The notes below the pieces were generated by a model. The model was not told the origin of the DNA, ran no database searches, and saw nothing but the letters and a program-made list of their open reading frames with translations. 64,000 nucleotides of DNA from an uncultured Thermoleophilaceae bacterium (GTDB taxonomy: Bacteria; Actinomycetota; Thermoleophilia; Solirubrobacterales; Thermoleophilaceae), in contig CAWEEH010000001.1 of assembly GCA_963808105.1 (NCBI GenBank), positions 39,082 to 103,081 on the forward strand, written 5' to 3'. Below are positions 1 to 9,550 of the stretch, piece by piece (positions within the stretch are counted from its first letter, which is position 1; each line of letters opens with the position of its first letter). Made by a program: the position numbers and the translations under genes.

Positions 1-411
1 ATCGGCGTCGAGACCGTCGGTGAGCACGGCGTTGCCAATGCGCTCAAGACGCTCGACCTCCGGATCGCCCGGCACCAGGTGGTAGAGAGGAGGCTCGATC
101 AAGGTGAGTGAGCGCACGCCCTCCGGCCGCTGCGCCGCCGCGATCAGGGTTCCCAGGACGCCATACGAATGGGCGACGACGTGAGGACGCGAGCCGAGCA
201 GAGGAAGCACATCGGCGGCGTCGCGCTCGAAGTCCTGGCGCCCGTTCGCGGGTGGCGGGCTTGGCGGGTAGCCGCGACGATGGACGGCGGCAAGGGTCCA
301 GCGGGTCCGCAGGGGCGCGAGGGCGCCCCACGTGGTGTCGGGGCTTGCACCCCCGTGCACCAGCAGGATCTCGGGGCCGCTTCCCTCGCGTGTCACCGAG
401 ATTTCGTTCAC
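1..411 (-). CDS. alpha/beta hydrolase fold protein. The N-terminal part is in the window; the gene continues past the left edge.
   Basis: Own translation from GTG at 411: VNEISVTREGSGPEILLVHGGASPDTTWGALAPL...PHVVAHSYGVLGTLIAAAQ, with an HG oxyanion motif and an H-S-Y-G nucleophile elbow. An in-frame TGA lies just upstream of the GTG. This frame is not in the ORF track because it runs off the window. Confidence 0.6.
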   Translation of the reverse strand, partial: MNEISVTREGSGPEILLVHGGASPDTTWGALAPLRTRWTLAAVHRRGYPPSPPPANGRQDFERDAADVLPLLGSRPHVVAHSYGVLGTLIAAAQRPEGVRSLTLIEPPLYHLVPGDPEVERLERIGNAVLTDGLDAD

Positions 412-424
412 CTTGCGCGCTCAG

Positions 425-511
425 CGGAGGGGGAGGGATTCGAACCCCCGGTCCGGTTGCCCGGACTCTGGTTTTCAAGACCAGCGCATTCGACCACTCT
501 GCCACCCCTCC
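425..511 (-). tRNA. tRNA-Ser (anticodon UGA)
   Basis: Reverse complement is GGAGGGGTGGCAGAGTGGTCGAATGCGCTGGTCTTGAAAACCAGAGTCCGGGCAACCGGACCGGGGGTTCGAATCCCTCCCCCTCCG. It has a 7-bp acceptor stem, anticodon stem CTGGT/ACCAG with loop CTTGAAA, a long variable arm, a GTTCGAATC T-loop and discriminator G. CCA is not encoded. Confidence 0.9.
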
Positions 512-536
512 AGGGTGCGCGAAGTATGGTCGGCCA

Positions 537-992
537 ATGCCCGAATCGCACGCCGCCACCATCGAGGACTTCTACGCCGCCTTCGCCCGCAAGGACGGTG
601 ATGCGATGGCCGCGGCCTACGCGCCCGACGTCCACTTCCGCGACCCGGCGTTCGGCGACCTCCACGGCGAGGAGCCCGGCGCGATGTGGCGCATGCTCAC
701 CGGACGGTCGGAGGACCTCGTGGTCGAGCTGGTCGATCACGACGACTCGAGCGCCCACTGGCTGGCGCACTACACGTTCAGCACCGGCCGCCACGTGGAC
801 AACGACGTTCGCGCGAGCTTCAAGTTCAACGACGAGGGCAAGATCAGCGAGCACCTCGACGAGTTCGACTTCTACGCGTGGGCGCGCCAGGCGCTGGGGC
901 CGGCGGGCCTGCTGCTGGGCTGGACGCCGATCATCAAGGGCGGCGTGCGCAAGAAGGCGAACGCTCAGCTCGACGAGTTCATGGGCCGCTAG
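537..992 (+). CDS. SnoaL-like / NTF2-fold (ketosteroid-isomerase-like) protein
   Basis: ATG at 537 within ORF 108..992. The product MPESHAATIEDFYAAFARKDGDAMAAAYAPDVHFRDPAFG... has the typical SnoaL-like N-terminus. The upstream part of the ORF is Arg-rich and overlaps the tRNA. Confidence 0.6.
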   Translation: MPESHAATIEDFYAAFARKDGDAMAAAYAPDVHFRDPAFGDLHGEEPGAMWRMLTGRSEDLVVELVDHDDSSAHWLAHYTFSTGRHVDNDVRASFKFNDEGKISEHLDEFDFYAWARQALGPAGLLLGWTPIIKGGVRKKANAQLDEFMGR

Positions 993-2539
993 GCCAGGTC
1001 GGCCGGGGCCGCGGCCCCGTTCACGGCGGACTCGGAGCAGACCTCGACGCGGTTGCGGCCGTTGGCCTTGGCCGTGTAGAGGGCGCGGTCGGCCACTCGC
1101 ACCAATTGCTCTGGCTCACCCGCCTCATCCGGCATGACGGCCACGCCGAAGCTCGCGGTCACACCCCCCGAAACGCCGGGTACGGTCATCTCCTCGATCG
1201 CCGCACGCAGCTTCTCGGCGATCACGAGGGCACCGGCGCGGTCCGTGGCCGGGAGAAGCGCGAGGAACTCCTCGCCGCCATAGCGCCCCGCCACGTCGCT
1301 TTCGCGAACGCTGCTGGCCACGACGTCGCCGACCGCAGCCAGCACCTCATCGCCCTTGCTGTGGCCATGGGTGTCGTTGATCCGCTTGAAGCGATCCAGG
1401 TCGAACATGATCACCGCCAACGGGCTGAGAGTCCGGCCGGCTTGTGCGGCCATGCGCTTCACCGTCTCCTGAAGCGCGCGGTTGTTCGGCAGACCGGTGA
1501 GTGCATCGGTGGCGGCCCGCAGCTCCGCGATCGCAAGGTTGCGGAGGTTGGCGATGATCGGGGCGGACTCGCCGATGCTCTCGGACACGTACTCCACGTC
1601 CGCCGTCCGCATCGTGCGCGGGTGCTGCACGAGCACCGAGCCGATCACCTCGCCGCCGACGAGGGATGGGACGCAGGTCACGTTGTCGCCGAGGGCGCCA
1701 CAGACCTCGCAGGTGATGAGCTCCTCCTCGCCCGCCGTGCGGGAGTACGTCTTGCTGCCACGGATGGCCATGCAGTCGTCCGGCCCGGCGCCGTCGAGCG
1801 CCGCGAGCAGCGCGGGATCCTCCACGGCCGAGCTGGCCTCCAGGCGGACCGCGCTGTTGTTGCGGTTGAGCACGGTGGCCACGCCGCCGGGCACCATCCG
1901 CTTGAGGTGGCGCTGGACGATCTGGTGGGCCTCACTCTCGGTGCGCGCCAGCTGCAACACCTCCACGAAGCTGGTGCGGTGTGTGCGCCTGTGGCCCTCG
2001 CGCCGCGCCCGACGTTCGAACAGCAGATAGCCCCCGCCGCCGAACCCGGCGCCGAGTCCCAGGATCAGCAGCACGGTGAGCACGCCCGCTCGGTCCTGGT
2101 TCTCGTGACGCTCCTCGCCGCGGTCGGCCTGAAGCTCACGGTTGAACTTGCGAAAGCGCGTCAGCTCGGCATCGAGCCGGGCGGCGGCTCGGGGCGGAAG
2201 CGCCCGCGGGCCGTCTTCACCGACGGCGGCGATGAGCGGATCGGCTGTCGCGGTGAAGCGCCGCGCGGCTGCGGACTGGCCTGCGACGGCCTCCACCTCC
2301 TCCGGCTCACCCTCCTGAATGCCCCCGTTGCGGGCCTCGTACAGGAGCACCTCGAGCTGGCGGCGCCCCGACTCATAGCGGCGGAGGAAGCGCTTCTGCC
2401 CGGTGTTCACGTAGCCCGCCAGCCCGCTCTCCTGGTCGAGCATGGAAGTGAGCATGCGTTCGGCGGAGTCGAACTCGACGAACGCCAGGTCCGCCGCCGA
2501 GCGCTGGCGTTCTCCCGCAAGCCAAACCGACCCCGCCAT
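989..2539 (-). CDS. sensor diguanylate cyclase (CHASE3-like N-terminal region, TM segment, GAF-like middle, GGDEF domain)
   Basis: ORF 989..2539. GGDEF-domain motifs are LTGLPNNRAL, DLDRFKRINDTHGH and RYGGEEFLALL. One hydrophobic segment is VLTVLLILGLGAGFGGGGYLLF. Confidence 0.8.
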   Translation of the reverse strand: MAGSVWLAGERQRSAADLAFVEFDSAERMLTSMLDQESGLAGYVNTGQKRFLRRYESGRRQLEVLLYEARNGGIQEGEPEEVEAVAGQSAAARRFTATADPLIAAVGEDGPRALPPRAAARLDAELTRFRKFNRELQADRGEERHENQDRAGVLTVLLILGLGAGFGGGGYLLFERRARREGHRRTHRTSFVEVLQLARTESEAHQIVQRHLKRMVPGGVATVLNRNNSAVRLEASSAVEDPALLAALDGAGPDDCMAIRGSKTYSRTAGEEELITCEVCGALGDNVTCVPSLVGGEVIGSVLVQHPRTMRTADVEYVSESIGESAPIIANLRNLAIAELRAATDALTGLPNNRALQETVKRMAAQAGRTLSPLAVIMFDLDRFKRINDTHGHSKGDEVLAAVGDVVASSVRESDVAGRYGGEEFLALLPATDRAGALVIAEKLRAAIEEMTVPGVSGGVTASFGVAVMPDEAGEPEQLVRVADRALYTAKANGRNRVEVCSESAVNGAAAPADLA

Positions 2540-2625
2540 CAGGGCGACGGCGACGATCAGGAGCAGACGGATTCGGTTGTGGCGTTCGACCTATTCGGTA
2601 TCGGCCTGCGCGGCGGGGACTTGAG

Positions 2626-3165
2626 CTACACCCGGTAGCGCAGGTAGACCACCCCGTCGCCGAAGCGGCGCTGATCCGCCAACTCGAGCCGTAGGCCCGC
2701 CGGCAGCGCCGCATTACCCCCGCCCACCACCACCGGGGTGAGAAAGAGGTGGCACTCGTCCACCAGGCCCGCCGCCAGCGCCTGGGCGGCCAGGTTGGGG
2801 CCGCCCACCGAGATGTCGCGCTCCGTCGAGTCCTTCATCCCGCGCACGGCGCCGGGATCGAATTCCCGCTCGAGCCTGGTGCGGGCGCTCGACGGCGCCT
2901 CCAGCGTCCGCGAGTAGACGACCTTGTCGGCCGTGCGCCAGCTCTCGGCGAAGTCGCGCATGACCGGCGCCGGATCGTCCATGGTCTCCCACGCCACCAT
3001 CACCTCGTACATGCGCCGGCCGTAGAGGTGTGTGCCGACATCACGTTCGAGGTCGTTCGCGAACGAGTGCACCTCCTCGTCCGGGGCCGCCCAGGCGAAG
3101 TCGCCGTCCTCGTCGGCCACGTAGCCGTCGAGCGACGCGATCGCCGAGTAGATCAGCCTTGCCAT
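2626..3165 (-). CDS. dihydrofolate reductase family protein (RibD C-terminal-domain-like)
   Basis: ATG at 3165 inside ORF 2626..3420. The product MARLIYSAIASLDGYVADEDGDFAWAAPDEEVHSFAND...VGGPNLAAQALAAGLVDECHLFLTPVVVGGG is the typical family pattern. The start overlaps the serS stop by 13 nt. Confidence 0.7.
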   Translation of the reverse strand: MARLIYSAIASLDGYVADEDGDFAWAAPDEEVHSFANDLERDVGTHLYGRRMYEVMVAWETMDDPAPVMRDFAESWRTADKVVYSRTLEAPSSARTRLEREFDPGAVRGMKDSTERDISVGGPNLAAQALAAGLVDECHLFLTPVVVGGGNAALPAGLRLELADQRRFGDGVVYLRYRV

Positions 3166-4394
3166 GGCTCGAGCCGCGCGGGCCCGCCGAACTCGGCGAG
3201 CGCCTCGGGCAGCACCACGCTGCCGTCCTCCTGCTGGCCGTTCTCCACCAGCGCGATGATCGTGCGCCCGACGGCCACGGCGGTGCCGTTGAGCGTGTGC
3301 ACGTGCGCCGTGCCCTTGCCCTCGGGCGGGCGGAAGCGAATGTCCAGGCGGCGCGCCTGGTAGTCGGTGGTGTTCGAGCACGAGGTGAGCTCGCGGTAGC
3401 GCTCCTGCCCGGGCAGCCACGCCTCGAGGTCATACTTCTTCGCCGCCGAGTTGCCCAGATCGTTCACCGCGATGTTCACCACCCGGTAGGGCAGCCCGAG
3501 CGCCTGCATCAGCTCCTCCTCGATCGCCAGGATGCGCTCGTGCTCGTCGCCCGAGTCCTCCGGGCGCACGAACGTGAACATCTCGACCTTGTCGAACTGG
3601 TGCACGCGGAAGAGACCGCGCGTGTCCTTGCCGGCCGCGCCGGCCTCGCGGCGAAAGCACGGCGAGAACCCGGCGTACCGAAGCGGCAGCTCCTCGAGGA
3701 CCTCGCCCGCGTGGAGTGAGGCGAGCGGCACCTCGCTGGTGCCGGCCAGGTAGAGGTCGTCGTCGGGGACGCGGTAGATCTGCTGCTCGGTGTCGGGCAG
3801 AAAGCCGGTGCCGTAGAGGGCCTCCTCGCGCACCAGCACCGGCGGTATCACGGGCTCGAAGCCCTTCTCACCGAGCCGCTCCAGCGCCCAGCGCACCAGC
3901 GCCAGCTCCAGCAGCACGAGCGGGCCCTTGATGTAGGCGAAGCGCGAACCGGCCACGCGGGCGCCCGCCTCCAGGTCCACCAGTCCTCCGAGCAGCTCGA
4001 GGTGATCCCTGCCCGCCTTGCCGGCCTCGCCGACCTCGCGCAGGACGGTGTCCTCCGGGGCCGCATCCGGATCGGGGAGGTTGGGCAGGGTCGCCAGCAG
4101 GCCGTCGAGCTCCTCCTCCACCGCCTTGAGCTCCTTATCCAGGTCCTTCTCCCGATCGCCGACCGCGCGGACCTCGGCGATTGCCTCCGACGCGTCGCCG
4201 CCCTCGCGCTGGAGCTCGCCTATGCGCTTCGAGGCCGCGTTCTTGGACGCGCGCAGCTCCTCGAGCTCGGGCAGGATCTCGCGCCGGCGGGAGTCGAGCT
4301 CCAGCACCCTGTCCAGCGCCTCATCGGATCCGCGGCGCGCGAGCGCGGCCCGTGCCGCCTCGGGCTCCGCGCGAATCGCCTTGAGGTCGAGCAC
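3153..4394 (-). CDS. serS: seryl-tRNA synthetase
   Basis: 413-aa ORF with an N-terminal coiled-coil arm (MLDLKAIRAEPEAARAALARRG...) and a class II core (FRREAGAAGKDTRGLFRVHQFDKVE, TLNGTAVAVGRTIIALVEN). Confidence 0.95.
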   Translation of the reverse strand: MLDLKAIRAEPEAARAALARRGSDEALDRVLELDSRRREILPELEELRASKNAASKRIGELQREGGDASEAIAEVRAVGDREKDLDKELKAVEEELDGLLATLPNLPDPDAAPEDTVLREVGEAGKAGRDHLELLGGLVDLEAGARVAGSRFAYIKGPLVLLELALVRWALERLGEKGFEPVIPPVLVREEALYGTGFLPDTEQQIYRVPDDDLYLAGTSEVPLASLHAGEVLEELPLRYAGFSPCFRREAGAAGKDTRGLFRVHQFDKVEMFTFVRPEDSGDEHERILAIEEELMQALGLPYRVVNIAVNDLGNSAAKKYDLEAWLPGQERYRELTSCSNTTDYQARRLDIRFRPPEGKGTAHVHTLNGTAVAVGRTIIALVENGQQEDGSVVLPEALAEFGGPARLEPWQG

Positions 4395-4787
4395 CTACTC
4401 GGAGCCGGCTTCGCGGCCCGAGTACTCCGCGAGGAACTCGGCCACCTTGTCCGCGTCATCCCCGACGACGATGTTCGCGGGCATGATCGCGCCCGAGAAG
4501 CCGCCGTTGCGGATCGCGAAGAGCGCGTCGTCCTTGTTGACCTTGCGCACGTTGAAGTTTGGGCCGTTCGTGCGCTCGCCGCCCGCGAGCTGCCCCTCGG
4601 GCTTGGATCCGTACGAGTTCGCCGGCTTGAGCGTGTGGCAGCCGGAGCAGCGCTCGTTGAAGAGGGTCGCGCCGGCTCGCTCGGAGCCCTCGGGCTCGAT
4701 CTCGCCGCCGCAGCCCGCGAACCCCGCGACGGCGATCGCCGCGGTCACGGTGCAAAACAGGCGCGGGGACGGGCGGGAGCGGCGCAC
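4395..4787 (-). CDS. c-type cytochrome, probable lipoprotein
   Basis: Haem-binding CSGCH motif, a lipobox-like AGFAGC after a signal peptide, and a distal Met candidate (GAIMPAN). The stop codon directly abuts the serS start. Confidence 0.75.
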   Translation of the reverse strand: MRRSRPSPRLFCTVTAAIAVAGFAGCGGEIEPEGSERAGATLFNERCSGCHTLKPANSYGSKPEGQLAGGERTNGPNFNVRKVNKDDALFAIRNGGFSGAIMPANIVVGDDADKVAEFLAEYSGREAGSE

Positions 4788-4811
4788 GGGCGGGCATATT
4801 ATCCGCCGCTC

Positions 4812-5192
4812 GTGCGGTCGCCGACTCTGACACTGGCCGCCCTCGCCGTCCTGTCGGGCTGCGGAGGCGACGACAAGCCCCTGCGCACCGCGACGGTCCC
4901 GGGCGCCTCACCCATCGTGATCGAGGCGGACGAGTACTCGTTCGACCCCGGCCGCGTGATCGTGACCGGCGCCCCAGGTGAGCTGCGAATCACGCTCGAC
5001 AACGCCGGCACCCTGGCCCACAACATCCGCGTGCTCGACGGCGACCGCGACATCGGCGGCGTGCGCAGCTTCCCGGCCGGCGAGCAGCGCGACGCCACCG
5101 TGCGGGTATCGCCGCGCAAGTACCGGCTGGTGTGCACGGTGGGCGATCACGAGGAGCTGGGCATGAAGGGCGAGCTCGAGGTGAGGAAGTAG
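4812..5192 (+). CDS. cupredoxin (blue-copper, plastocyanin/azurin-like) lipoprotein
   Basis: GTG at 4812 in the frame of ORF 4002..5192. Signal/lipobox LAALAVLSGCGG. Type-1 Cu ligand pattern ...LAHN... and CTVGDHEELGM (C-x4-H-x4-M). Confidence 0.65.
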   Translation: MRSPTLTLAALAVLSGCGGDDKPLRTATVPGASPIVIEADEYSFDPGRVIVTGAPGELRITLDNAGTLAHNIRVLDGDRDIGGVRSFPAGEQRDATVRVSPRKYRLVCTVGDHEELGMKGELEVRK

Positions 5193-5276
5193 GAAGTAGA
5201 GGAACCACCGGAGCCGCGGCGAAAGACTCAGCGCCCCGGCGGCGGCCACGGCGTCCGCGCGAACTTATGTGCAGCG

Positions 5277-5330
5277 GGCGCCGGCATCGGCGGCGATACA
5301 GCGCCGGCGCCGGGGCGTTTTCTTCTTCTC
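5277..5330 (+). terminator. possible intrinsic terminator between convergent genes
   Basis: 9-bp GC dyad ggcgccggc (5277-5285) / gccggcgcc (5303-5311), followed a few nt later by gttttcttcttctc. The loop is long (17 nt), so the call is weak. Confidence 0.3.
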
Positions 5331-5772
5331 AGGCCGTCGCCACGAGAGACTTCGTGAAGCGCAGCACGCTGCCGCCGTCCCCGCGCGTGAGCTGCACCTC
5401 GTCCATCACCAGCGAGATCAGCTCGAGGCCTCGGCCGCCCTCGCCCACGCGCTGCACCCAGTCGTCCGACGATGGCACGCGCCCGGCGCTGTCGCGGACC
5501 TCGAACACGATCAGGTCGCCCTCCTCGCGCACGCCCAGCTCGACCTCGTCCTCCTCCGAGCCGGAGCCGTGCAAGATCGCGTTCGTCACGGCCTCGCTCA
5601 TGGCGAGCTTGACCTGAAAGCAGCCGTCGTCGTCGAGGCCCGCCAGCTGGGCGGCCTCCCCCGCCCACTCGCGAGCGTCCTTGAGCAGCGAGATGTCCGC
5701 GGAGATCCGCAGGTCGCGCTCGAATGTGGCTTCTCCTGTCATGGCCCCTGCCGCGAATCGACGTAGTGTCAA
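5329..5772 (-). CDS. anti-sigma-factor serine kinase-like protein (RsbW/SpoIIAB-type HATPase domain)
   Basis: Motifs LAMSEAVTNAILHG (N-box-like) and GEGGRGLELISLVMDEV (G-box-like). An alternative ATG start is at 5742. No STAS partner gene is nearby. Confidence 0.6.
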   Translation of the reverse strand: MTLRRFAAGAMTGEATFERDLRISADISLLKDAREWAGEAAQLAGLDDDGCFQVKLAMSEAVTNAILHGSGSEEDEVELGVREEGDLIVFEVRDSAGRVPSSDDWVQRVGEGGRGLELISLVMDEVQLTRGDGGSVLRFTKSLVATA

Positions 5773-5797
5773 CTTCCCATCTCAAGCGGTTCTTGAA

Positions 5798-6229
5798 CTA
5801 GCCGCCGGTCTGGTACGCCCGCAACGACAACGTGAGTATGAGCAGCGCGCCGATGGTAAGCACCCCGATCTCGGCGAGCGCCACCCGCCGCGCCACGGCC
5901 ACCTGCTCGGAGCGGTCCAGCGCGTCGACGTCCTCGATCTCCTCCAGCTCGCGCTGCGCCACGCCCACCCGCATCCCCTCCGCGAACAGCGTGATCACCA
6001 GCGGCGAGATCCCGTAGGCCACGTGCAGGCCGTCCGGGGCAGTCTCCCCGCGCGCGAGAAGAATCAGTCCGAGCACCACCTGCACAGCCACCGCCCCCTG
6101 CGCCGCGCGGAGGAAGTACCAGAACCAGAGCGAGACGTCCTTGCGCAGCCATGCGACCGCGCCCCAGGCACCGGCCAGCCCGTTCGTGGCGAGCACGGCG
6201 ATGCCGACCCACATGTGGACACCGCTCAT
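5798..6229 (-). CDS. hypothetical integral membrane protein (about 4 TM segments)
   Basis: ORF with four hydrophobic stretches and coding-like GC3. No family recognised. Confidence 0.45.
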   Translation of the reverse strand: MSGVHMWVGIAVLATNGLAGAWGAVAWLRKDVSLWFWYFLRAAQGAVAVQVVLGLILLARGETAPDGLHVAYGISPLVITLFAEGMRVGVAQRELEEIEDVDALDRSEQVAVARRVALAEIGVLTIGALLILTLSLRAYQTGG

Positions 6230-6277
6230 TGACTGGCCCTAGAGCCCTTTCGCACTATGTAGCAAAGGCGCACAAGC

Positions 6278-6655
6278 GTGCGTTATACATCCGCCACCGT
6301 GCTGAAGAGCTACCTGCCGGCGCTCGTGTTCATTGTCCTGGGCCTTGGCGTGGGACTTGCCTTCACGATGCTCAACTCGCTCCTCGGGCCGAAGCGGCCC
6401 TCGAAGGTGAAGTCCGAGCCGTACGAGTCCGGCCTGCCCTCCGACGTGCGCAAGAGCTTCCGCTTCGGCGTGAGCTTCTACCTCGTGGCGATGCTGTTCA
6501 TCCTGTTCGACATCGAGGTGGTGTTCCTCTACCCGATCGCGGTCCAGCTCGAGGCGTTCGGCACCTTCGCGCTCGTGGAGACGATCATCTTCGTGGTGCT
6601 GCTGCTGGTTGCGTTCGTGTTCGTCTGGAGAAGGGGGGCCTTGGAATGGAAGTGA
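6278..6655 (+). CDS. nuoA: NADH-quinone oxidoreductase subunit A
   Basis: 125-aa 3-TM protein with PYESG and [10 protein letters not shown] motifs. First gene of the nuo cluster. Confidence 0.9.
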   Translation: MRYTSATVLKSYLPALVFIVLGLGVGLAFTMLNSLLGPKRPSKVKSEPYESGLPSDVRKSFRFGVSFYLVAMLFILFDIEVVFLYPIAVQLEAFGTFALVETIIFVVLLLVAFVFVWRRGALEWK

Positions 6656-7266
6656 AGCGCTCCAAGCCGGCCGACGACTTCCGCGTCAAGCAGATGCGCG
6701 CCCAGCAGATGCTGCGCGGGGACCTCGAGGACACCGACCTCGAGGAGTACGTGAAGGAGCGGCTGCTGATCACGAAGTTCGAGGACGCGCAGAACTGGGC
6801 CCGCAAGAACGCCATCTGGCCACTGGGGTTCGGGCTGGCCTGCTGCGCAATCGAGATGATCACCGTGATCGGCTCGCCCCGCAACGACCTCTCGCGCTTC
6901 GGCGCCGAGGTGATCCGCTTCTCCCCCCGTCAGGCCGACATGCTGATCCTCTCCGGGCGGGTGTCGATCAAGATGGCGCCGATCATCCGCCGCATCTACG
7001 ACCAGATGCTGGAGCCGAAGTGGGTGATCTCGATGGGCGCCTGCGCCTCGAGCGCGGGGATGTTCAACAACTACGCGCTGGTCGCGGGAGCCGACAAGTT
7101 CCTGCCGATCGACGTCTACGTGCCCGGCTGCCCGCCCAGGCCGGAGGCGCTGATATACGGGATCATGAAGCTGCAGGACAAGATCATGAAGGACCCCAGC
7201 CTGGGTTGGCGCGAGCGCTACGACTCGGCGGGCACCGAAGAATCGGCGGGTTCGGACGTTGCCTGA
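6646..7266 (+). CDS. nuoB: NADH-quinone oxidoreductase subunit B
   Basis: ATG at 6646. Fe-S ligand motifs [19 protein letters not shown] and VPGCPPRPE. Confidence 0.9.
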   Translation: MEVKRSKPADDFRVKQMRAQQMLRGDLEDTDLEEYVKERLLITKFEDAQNWARKNAIWPLGFGLACCAIEMITVIGSPRNDLSRFGAEVIRFSPRQADMLILSGRVSIKMAPIIRRIYDQMLEPKWVISMGACASSAGMFNNYALVAGADKFLPIDVYVPGCPPRPEALIYGIMKLQDKIMKDPSLGWRERYDSAGTEESAGSDVA

Positions 7267-7780
7267 CGCAACCGGGCTAGAGCTGGTCGCCCAGCGGATC
7301 CGCGACAACCTCTCCGAGGAGGCCGTCGTGGACACCGACTTCTCGCACGGGCGCGCGACGCTCGAGGTGAAGCCCGAGGCGATTCACGACGTCCTGGCCT
7401 GGCTGCGGGACCGCGACGACGAGCCCTACGGCTTCCTCGCAAGCCTGCACGGCTGCGACTACCTGCCGGAAGAACCCCGCATCGGCGTTCACTACCAGCT
7501 CCTGTCAATGGAGCGAGCGGAGCGCCTCGGCGTGAAAACCCGCCTGTCGACTGACGACTGTCGACTGTCGACTGTGACGGACCTCTTTCCGACCGCGAAC
7601 TTCCACGAGCGTGAGGTCTACGACTTCTTCGGCGTCGAGTTCGAGGGCCACCCGAACATGACCCGGATCCTGATGCCCGAGGACTACGTGGGGCATCCGC
7701 AGCGGCGGGACTTCCCGATGGGCGGCGAGCCCGTCCTGTTCACCTTCAACGAGCACGAGCTCCCCCGCTGGTATGAGTGA
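7259..7780 (+). CDS. nuoC: NADH-quinone oxidoreductase subunit C
   Basis: Contains [23 protein letters not shown], the canonical NuoC motif. Confidence 0.9.
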   Translation: MPDATGLELVAQRIRDNLSEEAVVDTDFSHGRATLEVKPEAIHDVLAWLRDRDDEPYGFLASLHGCDYLPEEPRIGVHYQLLSMERAERLGVKTRLSTDDCRLSTVTDLFPTANFHEREVYDFFGVEFEGHPNMTRILMPEDYVGHPQRRDFPMGGEPVLFTFNEHELPRWYE

Positions 7781-8972
7781 CGCCGACGTCGTCCCGATGG
7801 AACGGGAGGACGAGCTCCTCACGATCAACCTCGGGCCCCATCACCCCGCCACCCACGGCGTGCTGCGGCTGCTCTGCCAGCTCGAGGGCGAGCACGTGCG
7901 CGACGTGCAGCCGATCATCGGCTACGTCCACACGGGAATCGAGAAGAGCTGCGAGGACCAGGAGTACTGGAAGGCGATCACGTTCGTCGAGCGGATGGAC
8001 TACCTCGCCTACTACGCGAACTCGATGGCGTACTGCTCCGCCGTGGAGACGCTGCTCGACGAGGAGGTGCCGCCGCGCGCCCAGTGGCTGAGGGTGATCC
8101 ACCTCGAGCTCAACCGGATCGCCAGCCACCTCTTCTGGCTGGCCACGGGGGCGCTGGACATCGGTGCGATCACGATGCTGTGGTGGGGCCTGCGCGAGCG
8201 CGACCTCATCCTCGACCTGTTCGAGATGTCCTCGGGCCAGCGGATCCACACGCGCTACTTCCAGGTGGGCGGCGTGATGGAGGACATCCCGCCCGGCTGG
8301 GAGGAGAAGTGCCGCGGCTTCCTCAAGGAGATGCCCACCCGCATCGACCAGTACGAGGCGCTGCTCGACCAGAACGAGATCTGGCTCCAGCGCACCAAGA
8401 ACACGGGCATCGTCTCCCGGGAGAAGCTGCTCGAGCTGGGTGTGACCGGGCCGCTCCTGCGCGCCGCGGGCGAGCCGTGGGACCTGCGCAAGGCGATGCC
8501 CTACTCCGGCTACGAGAACTTCGACTTCCAGATCCCCGTGGGCAGCGTGGGCGACAACTACGACCGCTACCGCTGCCGGCTGGCCGAGATGCGCGAGTCG
8601 CTGAAGATCGTGGAGCAGGCGCTCGACGGTCTGCCGGAGGGGCCGTACATCACGACCAACCGAAAGGTCGCGCTCCCGCCGCGGCATGAGCTCGCCACCT
8701 CGATGGAGGCGCTCATCCACCACTTCAAGCTCGTCACCGAGGGCTTCCGCGTGCCGCCGGGCGAGGTCTACTCCGCGGTCGAGTCCCCGCGCGGCGAGCT
8801 CGGCTGCTTCGTGGTGGCCAACGGCTCCGCCAAGCCCGCGCGCGTGCACATGCGCGACCCCTCGTTCACCAACCTCCAGGCGCTCAAGTTCATGGGCGAG
8901 GGCTCGGTGATCGCCGACTTCATCGCCTCCATCGCCATGCTCGACCCGATCCTCGGAGGAATCGACCGGTGA
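7773..8972 (+). CDS. nuoD: NADH-quinone oxidoreductase subunit D
   Basis: 399 aa. Motifs LGPHHPATHGVLRL, HTGIEKSCE and a C-terminal DPILGGIDR. Confidence 0.95.
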   Translation: MSDADVVPMEREDELLTINLGPHHPATHGVLRLLCQLEGEHVRDVQPIIGYVHTGIEKSCEDQEYWKAITFVERMDYLAYYANSMAYCSAVETLLDEEVPPRAQWLRVIHLELNRIASHLFWLATGALDIGAITMLWWGLRERDLILDLFEMSSGQRIHTRYFQVGGVMEDIPPGWEEKCRGFLKEMPTRIDQYEALLDQNEIWLQRTKNTGIVSREKLLELGVTGPLLRAAGEPWDLRKAMPYSGYENFDFQIPVGSVGDNYDRYRCRLAEMRESLKIVEQALDGLPEGPYITTNRKVALPPRHELATSMEALIHHFKLVTEGFRVPPGEVYSAVESPRGELGCFVVANGSAKPARVHMRDPSFTNLQALKFMGEGSVIADFIASIAMLDPILGGIDR

Positions 8973-9550
8973 GCGATCGGCGAACGGTTCCCGTCGGCTG
9001 GGATGAGGCCGTCGACTTGTGGAAGGACCCCGCCGTGGTACCGGATTCGGCCCAGGTGCAGATGCCCGCGGCGCTTCGGAGCGAGATCGAGGGGCACATG
9101 GCGAAGTACCCGTCCAAGCGCTCCGCGGCGCTGCCCGCCCTGGCGGCCGCGCAGAGGATGCACGGCTGGTGCTCGCCGCTCGCGATCCTGCAGGTGGCCG
9201 CGGCGATGCAGGTCACGCCGGCCTACCTCTCCAGCGTCGCCACCTTCTACGACATGCTGCGCACCGAGCCGGTGGGCGAGCGCTACGTGTACGTGTGCAC
9301 CAGCGTCGCCTGCCATCTGCGCAACGCCAAGCGCGTGTACGACGCCATCGCCGAGGAGGCCCGCGACCAGGAGCTCGAGGGCGTGGAGGTGCGCGAGTTC
9401 GAGTGCCTCGGCGCCTGCGACATGGCGCCGATGGCCTCCGTGGACGGGCGCTACGTGGGGCCGCTCACCGAGGACGACGCGCACGAGCTGGTGGCGGCCG
9501 TGAAGGAGAACCGCGACGTGCTTCCGGGACGGGGACTGGTCGATGCCTGA
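8969..9550 (+). CDS. nuoE: NADH-quinone oxidoreductase subunit E
   Basis: 2Fe-2S pattern CTSVACHL ... CLGACDMAP. Confidence 0.9.
   Translation: MSDRRTVPVGWDEAVDLWKDPAVVPDSAQVQMPAALRSEIEGHMAKYPSKRSAALPALAAAQRMHGWCSPLAILQVAAAMQVTPAYLSSVATFYDMLRTEPVGERYVYVCTSVACHLRNAKRVYDAIAEEARDQELEGVEVREFECLGACDMAPMASVDGRYVGPLTEDDAHELVAAVKENRDVLPGRGLVDA

Noticed and set aside
7545-7579. Five imperfect copies of the heptamer TGTCGAC (tgtcgac tgacgac tgtcgac tgtcgac tgtgacg) inside nuoC. Considered as a slippage-prone or phase-variable tract, or a foreign insertion.
   Set aside because: The encoded segment ([16 protein letters not shown]) has exactly the length of the corresponding NuoC region in other bacteria (compare RLPEEDPRVPSVTGIW-type sequences). 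There is no insertion and the frame is intact, so this is most likely coincidental codon repetition.
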